This document shows, one piece after another, positions 37,615-45,154 of a stretch of DNA of 55,806 nucleotides; within the stretch, counting starts at the first letter, position 1, and every line of letters starts with the position of its first letter. The notes under the pieces were generated by a model. The model was not told where the DNA came from. It did not search any database and saw nothing but the letters and a program-made list of their open reading frames with translations. Where the stretch lies: the NCBI GenBank assembly GCA_045600345.1, contig JAZRXU010000056.1, positions 1 through 55,806 on the forward strand, in the 5' to 3' direction. The position numbers were made by a program, and so were the translations under genes. Source of the DNA: Candidatus Cryptobacteroides sp. Lineage in GTDB: Bacteria; Bacteroidota; Bacteroidia; Bacteroidales; UBA932.

Positions 37615-38385
37615 ATGGCAAATACACAACATCCATTAAGACAAGTGATTTTGGACTTGCTTGTTGATAATAAAAACACATCGATTTCTTTTCAGAAGAT
37701 TAAGGAGCATGTTGAGGCGTCTGATAAGTTATCAGCAGCAGATAAATCTAACCTAAGCGAGGTTATTAAAGATATACTTAAGTCTCTTGAGCAAGATGGT
37801 TTAGTGAAGAACTTCGCCCCGAAGGGATCTAGTCGCAAGACTCAATATAAGTATATTCGTCCCAAATCTTCCAAAGGCCCTATTGATACAATAGAGACAA
37901 TCTCTGACACAAATTATATAGGTAGAGCTGGTGAGTATGCCGTTATGTCCGAGCTAATGTTTCTAGGATATGATGTCAATCTCATGACGATTGATAAAGG
38001 CCAGGATCTAATTGCTCATAAAAATGGAGATTTTGTTTATATCCAGGTAAAGACCACATCGATTGATAATAGTGGTCAGCGTGCTACGTGGCAAATAAAG
38101 ACTGATATCTTTAATAAGTTCTCTGAGAAGTTCGATATGTTTTACGTCCTTGTTCTACGCTGTAAGGCAAATGGCAAGCCGCAAAATAGATTCTTTACAT
38201 TCTCGTCTCAGGAGATACAGACATTCCATAGCCAGGATGCGATAGGAGCGTCGAATAATGCAATAACAATAAAGATTCGGTATGATGGCGCTACTCCAAA
38301 GTTGTATCATACGAAGGAGATTGATATTACTAGATGGGAGTCGTTTGAATCAATTGAAGGCCGCAGAATCCAGCCGCGTGGGTGA
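37615..38385 (+). CDS. wHTH + PD-(D/E)xK nuclease
   Basis: GRAGEYAVMSEL...DKGQDLI...YIQVKT; AT-rich. Confidence 0.7.
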   Translation: MANTQHPLRQVILDLLVDNKNTSISFQKIKEHVEASDKLSAADKSNLSEVIKDILKSLEQDGLVKNFAPKGSSRKTQYKYIRPKSSKGPIDTIETISDTNYIGRAGEYAVMSELMFLGYDVNLMTIDKGQDLIAHKNGDFVYIQVKTTSIDNSGQRATWQIKTDIFNKFSEKFDMFYVLVLRCKANGKPQNRFFTFSSQEIQTFHSQDAIGASNNAITIKIRYDGATPKLYHTKEIDITRWESFESIEGRRIQPRG

Positions 38386-38425
38386 TTGCCTCAAACGCAA
38401 ATAAGTTGGTGTAATATTCAATATT

Positions 38426-38836
38426 ATGACAGAGAAGGAAGTATTTTCAACCATGGTCCAGCTTGAGAAGGATCATGAGGCAATAATGAAGGAGCTCTGC
38501 GAGGCGGTGAAGATGTTCGCCGACAGCACAAAGCAGAACAGGGAAGTGTACGATTCTCATCTGAAGTCCGTTGAGACCTCCAGGGATAAAGCCCAGGACA
38601 CGCTGGCCAATATGATTAGGACTGTAGAGTTGTTGAGGCTGGATTACTCAGAGATGTTGAAGGCTTTGCGCACTCAGCTCCACCAGGCTGTCGACCAGAT
38701 ACACGCGCACGAGAAGCAGATAATAGAGTATAAGTCCAGGATCCGCGAGCTGGAGAATGCGGTGACCCGCTTAACGTCACACCTGGCTGCCGGCGGTGTG
38801 ACAGTGACTATGGATAACGGCAATCATCTGAAGTAG
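38426..38836 (+). CDS. Coiled-coil hypothetical protein
   Basis: 136 aa with heptad pattern. Confidence 0.6.
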   Translation: MTEKEVFSTMVQLEKDHEAIMKELCEAVKMFADSTKQNREVYDSHLKSVETSRDKAQDTLANMIRTVELLRLDYSEMLKALRTQLHQAVDQIHAHEKQIIEYKSRIRELENAVTRLTSHLAAGGVTVTMDNGNHLK

Positions 38837-38844
38837 TATGTTAT

Positions 38845-39187
38845 TCTGTCACAATTCTGTCACACTGGCATTGAGACTAAAATGGCGAAATCACTACCAC
38901 AACATATTATATTAATGATATTGTACGGGTAATTATAATGTTTGGCATATTTCATAACTGAATTGGGAAGTTTCAAACGCGAGCATGTATCGAACAGATC
39001 ATGTTTGGTGGAAAAATCGGCAAATTAAGTATTCTAGATGGCGAAACTACAACAGAAGGGGCTTAGGGCAATCTTTTATATCCCTGTTGTGTAATTTAAC
39101 CATATATTATATATGTACATATTTGGCGAGATTTCGAGTTATCTAATTTGTCACAAAAGTCTTTATCTGTCACAAATCTGTCACACT
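38845..39187. mobile_element. Putative intact attP with arm-type sites
   Basis: TCTGTCACAA(T/A)TCTGTCACACT at 38845-38866 and 39166-39187, extra TGTCACA at 39149; AT-rich non-coding region upstream of the integrase. Confidence 0.65.
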
Positions 39188-39194
39188 TAAAATT

Positions 39195-40307
39195 ATGAGA
39201 AGAGCGAAAGAATTAGTCAGCTTGAAACAAAGACAATTAGAATCGGGTACAAGGACTTTGTATCTAGAATACACTATTGGTGGCCACCGAGTCCGTAAAT
39301 CTTTGAACATGTATTTGGTTCCTGGTTCAGATCCTATAACCCGTCAGAAGAATGCCAACACATTGAGACTTGCTCAACTGGAGCAGTCTCGAGTGCTGTT
39401 GGAGCTACAATGTGATATGTCCCCGTTGGGAGTTAAAAAGATTGTTTCAAAGCGGAGTGTGACTTCGGTCTTTCGCGAATATATAGAAAAGAAAGAGAAT
39501 GAGGGGATTTTGTCTCATAGAAGGATTCTGGAATACAAGACAGTTTTATATAACTGGCTACAGTACGCGGGGGAATTCCTCACCTTTGAAGAGCTGAATC
39601 GAAATGTTCTGTTGGGCTTTGTTACTTGGATGAGAAAAAAAGGCTTGAGCCAAAATACGATTGCAGAGTATTTTACCAGCATTTTTAATCACTTCCTATC
39701 AGACTGCGAACGTGATGGCATTATAACTCAGAGTCCGATGAGGAAGATTTCTAGTAGTGAGAAGCCTCATAGTTACGATCCAGAAAAACCTTTTTTGGTG
39801 TTTGATGAGGTAAATGTGTTGATTAATACGCCTTGTCGGCGAGAAGAAGTTAAAAAGGCTTTTCTTTTCTGCTGCTTTACTGGGCTGCGCTGGTCGGATG
39901 TCAGTTCGTTAAAGTGGGAAAATATTCAGGATGAGTATATTGTGAAGGTACTCGTCAAAACGCAACGCATCAATAGCAATCCAAAAAGAATCCCAATCTC
40001 TGAAAATGCAAAACGGTTCATGCCGGATAAGGGTAAGGCTTCATCTAGTGATTTAGTGTTTAATCTTCCTCCTTATCGCACTGTTCATGATTGTATTGTA
40101 GGGTGGGGGCAAGCGGCAAAATTAACAAAGCATCTGACCTTTCACATGGCTCGCCATACCTGTGCGACACTATTGTTGACGTATGGCGCCGATCTCTACA
40201 CCGTATCTAAAATCCTTGGACATACAAATATCCAAACCACTCAGGTGTATGCTAAGGTGATTGACGAAAAGAAAGTTGAGGCTGTAAATCTTATCCCCGA
40301 AGTATAA
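39195..40307 (+). CDS. int: Tyrosine integrase (Bacteroidetes type)
   Basis: N-terminal arm-binding LYLEY...R, TGLRWSD, FHMARHT, LGH, TQVYAK. Confidence 0.93.
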   Translation: MRRAKELVSLKQRQLESGTRTLYLEYTIGGHRVRKSLNMYLVPGSDPITRQKNANTLRLAQLEQSRVLLELQCDMSPLGVKKIVSKRSVTSVFREYIEKKENEGILSHRRILEYKTVLYNWLQYAGEFLTFEELNRNVLLGFVTWMRKKGLSQNTIAEYFTSIFNHFLSDCERDGIITQSPMRKISSSEKPHSYDPEKPFLVFDEVNVLINTPCRREEVKKAFLFCCFTGLRWSDVSSLKWENIQDEYIVKVLVKTQRINSNPKRIPISENAKRFMPDKGKASSSDLVFNLPPYRTVHDCIVGWGQAAKLTKHLTFHMARHTCATLLLTYGADLYTVSKILGHTNIQTTQVYAKVIDEKKVEAVNLIPEV

Positions 40308-40309
40308 TT

Positions 40310-40357
40310 CTAAGGGTTAAGATAAAGTTGGGTCCGTCTCCAGGCGCTGTATTTTTG
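40310..40357 (+). promoter_or_regulatory. Phage promoter box copy 6
   Basis: 22-mer, then TATTTTTG (40350-40357) at 19 nt spacing. Confidence 0.8.
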
Positions 40358-40374
40358 CCGAAAAGTACAGCGTG

Positions 40375-40839
40375 ATGGTATTGGAATTTACATATAATAT
40401 CGATACGGAGGCTATCCTGAAAGACGTGAAGCGCGAGATCTCGAAGATCGCGTCGATGTCTTATGCTGAACCAGACAAGTCTTTGTATGATTTCTATCTG
40501 ATTAAATCATCGGATGAGCCTTTAGTTAAGTCCATGATAGTTGAGGCTGCGGCCATGATTGCGGCTGCATTTCCGTCTCTCTGTGCTTATACTGATTCTG
40601 CGCTGGAGTTTCGTATCCCGGATTCAACGGCAGTTCAACAGACGCTTATCGAGCGTTCAACGACTGATTATATTGTGTTCAACGTATGTTCAACGTACGT
40701 TCAACGGAAGGGAACGGACGTTCAACGAAATGGAACGGGCGTTGGTGCAGACGTGGCTCCTAGATCTGAGCAGGCGTTTGCAAAACTCTCCAAGTTAATG
40801 TATTACAGGGTCGTACCCAAAATAGATAGAGATTCATGA
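40375..40839 (+). CDS. Putative head-tail adaptor/ring protein 1
   Basis: First of three similar-sized coupled helical genes downstream of a late-type promoter. Confidence 0.5.
   Translation: MVLEFTYNIDTEAILKDVKREISKIASMSYAEPDKSLYDFYLIKSSDEPLVKSMIVEAAAMIAAAFPSLCAYTDSALEFRIPDSTAVQQTLIERSTTDYIVFNVCSTYVQRKGTDVQRNGTGVGADVAPRSEQAFAKLSKLMYYRVVPKIDRDS
40622..40728 (+). repeat. Second GTTCAAC iteron array
   Basis: Copies at 40622 (variant), 40633, 40655, 40677, 40688, 40699, 40720. Confidence 0.85.
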
Positions 40840-41282
40840 GGTTTGAGATAAATACGGCTCTTGTGCTCCAAGAGGTATATCAGAAAGGTCATTTCGCTAC
40901 GCAGGCTATTGAAGATGCGAAGCGGGACTTCGTGCGGCCTGATGATACTAAAAAGGACGAAATTGACAGGTGTTTGCTGAAGGCTGATTCTATGCTGCGC
41001 CAGGCGGTGGATCGCTGGCTGGTTGAGTCATACTCCGATATCGTGGCTAACAGGCTGGATGTGCCTGGGTATTTTGATTATGAGCTGGACCTGTCGGAGA
41101 GGAGGATGATTAGCAAGGAGACTCTAGCGGAATTGTTCCACAGTGCTCTGGTGCATTTCACTCTATCCGAGTACTACAAAACTGTTGGCGCTGAGGAACA
41201 AGCGAAGTCCCATGCGGAGACTGCAGGGGACAGCACGATGGTGATAACAACCAAACTTTATATGAAGAGGAGGCCACTGTAA
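40836..41282 (+). CDS. Putative adaptor/ring protein 2
   Basis: ATGA overlap; LAELFHSALVHFTLSEYY resembles LAQYMSRYLTYGALYDWY in the next gene. Confidence 0.5.
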   Translation: MRFEINTALVLQEVYQKGHFATQAIEDAKRDFVRPDDTKKDEIDRCLLKADSMLRQAVDRWLVESYSDIVANRLDVPGYFDYELDLSERRMISKETLAELFHSALVHFTLSEYYKTVGAEEQAKSHAETAGDSTMVITTKLYMKRRPL

Positions 41283-41848
41283 TGAATTTGTTCCCGGAAT
41301 CGCTGGCTTGTTGCCAGTCATGTGAAAAGAAATACCGCAAGATCAGTATATCGAAATCAGATCTGCTCAAGAGCGTTGACGTGCTCACATACAAGTTTGT
41401 GGACGCGTCGGCCGAACAGAGTCCGCAAAGGGCAAATGCTATTTCCTCAGACTCTGCAGAAGCCCTGGATGCTCATATTCTCATGGATAGTCTGAAGACG
41501 CGTGATGCTGACCTGCGCACAATCATGCAGACAGTGTTGCTGGCCGCGACTGCTGTTGAAGAGGATAATATCCCCGACGATGAGAATGTGGCCTTCGTGT
41601 ATCGCATGTCCCTGCCAGTTGAGTTCAATGATGCCATGCTGGCTCCATTGGCTCAGTATATGTCCAGGTATCTAACGTACGGTGCTTTGTATGATTGGTA
41701 TGGCTTAAGTATGGGTATCGGACATGCACAGTTGTGCGAGCGTGAGGCACAAAAGATGGAGGATAAGGTGACGAATATCATTCGTACACCCAGTATCACC
41801 AAGAGGCCGTTGCAGCCTTTTGGCCCAGCAGGTAAAATGAATATCTAG
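41282..41848 (+). CDS. Putative adaptor/ring protein 3
   Basis: Coupled gene, paralogous to the previous one. Confidence 0.5.
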   Translation: MNLFPESLACCQSCEKKYRKISISKSDLLKSVDVLTYKFVDASAEQSPQRANAISSDSAEALDAHILMDSLKTRDADLRTIMQTVLLAATAVEEDNIPDDENVAFVYRMSLPVEFNDAMLAPLAQYMSRYLTYGALYDWYGLSMGIGHAQLCEREAQKMEDKVTNIIRTPSITKRPLQPFGPAGKMNI

Positions 41849-41849
41849 C

Positions 41850-42134
41850 ATGGCTCATAAAGATGGAACAAAGTCAGGCGGCCGACAGAAAGGTACGTCA
41901 AATAAACTCACAAGGGAGTTGCGTGATACGTTGAAGGACTTTACCATAGGCTCTGCTGATGAAGCTATCGCAGCCTTTCACCGCATTGGTGATCCGGAGA
42001 AAAAGTTTGCTCTGTGGCTGAAGGCCTTGGAGTTTAATGTACCGAAGCTTTCGTCTATTGAACTGAAAGACGAGATTCCTGTGAAGACGTACAAGGAGGA
42101 ACTCGACGAAATGGAGCAGGAGGATTTCAAATAA
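41850..42134 (+). CDS. Terminase small subunit-like protein
   Basis: KSGGRQKGTSNK N-terminal motif; PKLSSIE. Confidence 0.55.
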   Translation: MAHKDGTKSGGRQKGTSNKLTRELRDTLKDFTIGSADEAIAAFHRIGDPEKKFALWLKALEFNVPKLSSIELKDEIPVKTYKEELDEMEQEDFK

Positions 42135-42138
42135 CTTT

Positions 42139-42182
42139 GGGTTAAGATAAAGTTGAGCTACTTTTAGAATGTACTATATTTA
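42139..42182 (+). promoter_or_regulatory. Phage promoter box copy 7
   Basis: GGGTTAAGATAAAGTTG, then TATATTTA at 19 nt spacing. Confidence 0.7.
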
Positions 42183-42228
42183 CAGAGTTAGTCTCATGAT
42201 TTAAAGGAATTAATTGTTGTCTATTGCT

Positions 42229-42265
42229 TAGAAGGCGTCGCAGTAATGCGGGGCCTTCTTTGTTT
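42229..42265 (+). terminator. Terminator closing a short non-coding transcript
   Basis: AGAAGGC..CGCA GTAA TGCG..GCCTTCT followed by TTGTTT. Confidence 0.6.
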
Positions 42266-42305
42266 CTGTGGCAGTCTGAGTCTAAAGTAGACACTTTTAG
42301 ACTTT

Positions 42306-42353
42306 CTAAGGGTTAAGATAAAGTTGGGTTATGCCCAATGCTTTCCATATTCG
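42306..42353 (+). promoter_or_regulatory. Phage promoter box copy 8
   Basis: Perfect 22-mer, then degenerate CATATTCG at 19 nt spacing. Confidence 0.7.
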
Positions 42354-42373
42354 TATGTTAAATTTTTATTGAT

Positions 42374-42913
42374 ATGGTTTCAGCAATACTTGCAGGCTTA
42401 GGGCTCACGGCTGCCATTGGTGGCGCAGCGGCTGGCGGCATTATATCTGCCCGACGAAATAACGAGGCAGAAGGCATTCTCGCTCAGCAAAAGAAAGATA
42501 ATGAAGATTGGTATGCGTACAAACGCGCGGAGGATATGACTCAGCGTGCTGATACGCTTGCTATGGTAAACAAGGAGAGAGAACTGCTCAAGGAAAGATA
42601 CAATTCATCCAGGGCGGCCAATATCGTGGCTGGAGGCACAGATGAATCTCTTGCACTTCAACAGCAGGCTGCCAATCAGGCAATGGCTGACACTATGTCA
42701 AGCATAGCTGTCTCTAGCGTTGCAGAAAAGAATGCAGCAGAAAAGGCTTATCTCACTAGAAAGGCAGAACTAGAAAACGCGGAGATTGCGACCAAGCAGG
42801 CCCAGGCAGAGAATGCTGCAAAGGCTGGAGGACAGCTGGCTGGTGCCGGGCTGTCTGTTGCCGGGCTGTCTGTTGCCGGCAATTCTCTGAGTGTGTCAAA
42901 GTTGATTAAATAA
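42374..42913 (+). CDS. Putative ejection/internal virion protein (small)
   Basis: Gly/Ala-rich hydrophobic N-terminus, coiled coil; 15-bp tandem repeat at 42845-42879. Confidence 0.6.
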   Translation: MVSAILAGLGLTAAIGGAAAGGIISARRNNEAEGILAQQKKDNEDWYAYKRAEDMTQRADTLAMVNKERELLKERYNSSRAANIVAGGTDESLALQQQAANQAMADTMSSIAVSSVAEKNAAEKAYLTRKAELENAEIATKQAQAENAAKAGGQLAGAGLSVAGLSVAGNSLSVSKLIK

Positions 42914-42923
42914 TATATCATAT

Positions 42924-45152
42924 ATGGCAAAGAAGAAAGATGAACGTCGGCTCAGTGCTGACTCACAGAAACTCTACGATAATAAGGCTTGGTTTGCAAA
43001 CGATGACTATACCAAGGGTTTCGTCGACCACCTACAGAAATCTGGTAAGATTGCTTCTGCTGATGGTAATGCAATCAATCAGTACAGGACGAACACATCA
43101 CCCGACCAGTTGAAGCAGGACCTCTTTGGCTATGAAGATTCTCTGTCGCAGAAGTCTGCAACAAATAACCAGAGTGCGTCAAATGTTTCGCCAGCACCTC
43201 AGTCTGGCAGCTCAGCATATTACCCGTACTACTTAAAGGTTGATTCTCCTGATTCTAATTACCACTACAAAAAGAATAATGGAGGTACTGTCGCGGATGC
43301 TTTCGGCCAATTTGGAGAAAATGTTGGCGATGATGTTGTAAACCTTGCGAATACGAAATTGTCTGATCTTACACCGGAGCAGGAGCAGATGATCAAGGTG
43401 GCGTTGTATAATTCAAACTTTGCAGACGGAAAATCAAGTCCTCGCATGGAGAATTTCAACGCAGATGATTACGCCAAGCAACGAGAAAATAATTTTCAGA
43501 GCACACCTACACCTGCACCTGCAAAACCGGCACAAACTGCCACTCCGCGAAAGACAGGTTTGTCTCCTGAGCAAATGGAGGCAAAAGAGTCAATACTTGG
43601 CACCATTGCAGAAAGAAATTCAACCGGAGGTCACACACCAGTTACTGGAGGAACCGTCTTGCCGTCAGCACAGCCACAGAGTAATCCTAATACTCGACAA
43701 AATGGTAGTCTTACTGCCGAGCAGATAGCGGCGAGGGATGCCATTCTCAAAGATGTTGCGCAGAGAAACGCAACAGGAGGACATGCTGCACCTGCATTGG
43801 CTCCTACGCCACAGACTCCTAAACCGACACCTACTGTGGCTACAACAACGCAAACGGATGATTATTTAGATGACGGTGAGGATGATGGCTCGCACTCCGT
43901 TATTCCTACTGGTGATAAATTTGATCGTGTACATGCCGATAATGGTTATGCTGAATCAATTGATGGGAAAGCAATAGACCCTATAACATTGAGGTGGTTA
44001 TATCCTGCCGATCCATTTCCTAAGTGGAAACAAGACAATATCAATAAGCAGATTGATGCCGACATCGCAGAGCAAGACAAGAGGGATGCGGAAGACCTCT
44101 TGAAATCAGCAGAGGGTAGTCCTCTTGCCGAGTCATCTACTACTGGAGAACAACCTACAACTGCAACAACTGCTACTCCGGCTGTTCCAGAGGATACAGG
44201 AAACCCAGGAAACAGTACGGAGAATCAGCCAGGGAATCCAGGGAATCCAGGGAACAATCCGGGGAATAGTAACCCGGACTGGCTATCAGGGGTCAAGGGT
44301 CCATCATCACTTGCACGCGCTACGATAAAGCATTATTCGGAAGAGGAAGCTCGTATGCTCCAGGCGGAACTAAATGCAATGAGGGCTGCGGATGAGGCTG
44401 CCCAGGCAGAGATAGATAGTGCCACCAAGAAGGTGGAAGCAGCAGAGAAATCGGCCGAAGATATGAAGAAAGCCGAGGATGCTGCCATCGAGGCGTCAAG
44501 GCAGGATGCCGAGAATCAGAGGATAGAGGATGAGGAGGATATCAAGCGCAAGCGTGCAGCCGGTATCCTTACTGGATTCGGCGAGCTTGCCACGGGTATT
44601 GCTAACCTTGCCAGTGTGGGCGCTGGAGCTAGGAATCAGACTATCCCGACATACAGCAAAGACTGGATGGCAAAGGTAGATGCCGCGACAAAGGAAAGTC
44701 GCGAGCGTGTGCGTAGTATGCAGAAGGATATACGTTCGCGTGAACGTCAGGCGACTATTGATCACCTCAAGCGCACAGGAGAGATCAATCAGCTGAAGGC
44801 AAGTGCCAGCAACATGGCGGCCAAGGCTCGTGCCACTGCAGAGGATGCTAAGATAAAGATTGCGACATCTAGGTTCAAACGTACTGGTGATGCCGCTGCT
44901 TTGGTGGCTAACCTGATGCAGATGGGTATCACATCTGACAGATTGAAGAAGGAGTCTCTCCAGAAGTACGCGGATAGAATTGCGAGGATGGCTAGCTATG
45001 GCCTTAAACCCGATCCAGATCACCCTGGTTACTGGACTGTTGATAATACACTGCTAGGAGCTGCACAGGACCGAAAATCGGGAGGCCAAAAAGAGGGATC
45101 TGCAGTTGCTGAAGCTGTAAATGAAGCGTTAAAACCGTTTATGACAAATTAA
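42924..45152 (+). CDS. Putative ejection/internal virion protein (medium)
   Basis: 742 aa; Pro/Thr-rich disordered region, internal duplicated motif, GNP repeats, coiled-coil C-terminus with a Gly/Ala hydrophobic patch. Confidence 0.6.
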   Translation: MAKKKDERRLSADSQKLYDNKAWFANDDYTKGFVDHLQKSGKIASADGNAINQYRTNTSPDQLKQDLFGYEDSLSQKSATNNQSASNVSPAPQSGSSAYYPYYLKVDSPDSNYHYKKNNGGTVADAFGQFGENVGDDVVNLANTKLSDLTPEQEQMIKVALYNSNFADGKSSPRMENFNADDYAKQRENNFQSTPTPAPAKPAQTATPRKTGLSPEQMEAKESILGTIAERNSTGGHTPVTGGTVLPSAQPQSNPNTRQNGSLTAEQIAARDAILKDVAQRNATGGHAAPALAPTPQTPKPTPTVATTTQTDDYLDDGEDDGSHSVIPTGDKFDRVHADNGYAESIDGKAIDPITLRWLYPADPFPKWKQDNINKQIDADIAEQDKRDAEDLLKSAEGSPLAESSTTGEQPTTATTATPAVPEDTGNPGNSTENQPGNPGNPGNNPGNSNPDWLSGVKGPSSLARATIKHYSEEEARMLQAELNAMRAADEAAQAEIDSATKKVEAAEKSAEDMKKAEDAAIEASRQDAENQRIEDEEDIKRKRAAGILTGFGELATGIANLASVGAGARNQTIPTYSKDWMAKVDAATKESRERVRSMQKDIRSRERQATIDHLKRTGEINQLKASASNMAAKARATAEDAKIKIATSRFKRTGDAAALVANLMQMGITSDRLKKESLQKYADRIARMASYGLKPDPDHPGYWTVDNTLLGAAQDRKSGGQKEGSAVAEAVNEALKPFMTN

Positions 45153-45154
45153 TC

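Noticed and set aside
6127-42327. 22-bp repeat as CRISPR repeats
   Set aside because: Copies are dispersed kilobases apart with no spacer array or cas genes; fixed spacing to -7 elements fits promoters.
44200-44275. GGGAATCCA tandem repeats as a regulatory array
   Set aside because: In-frame GNP low-complexity repeat in a disordered protein linker.
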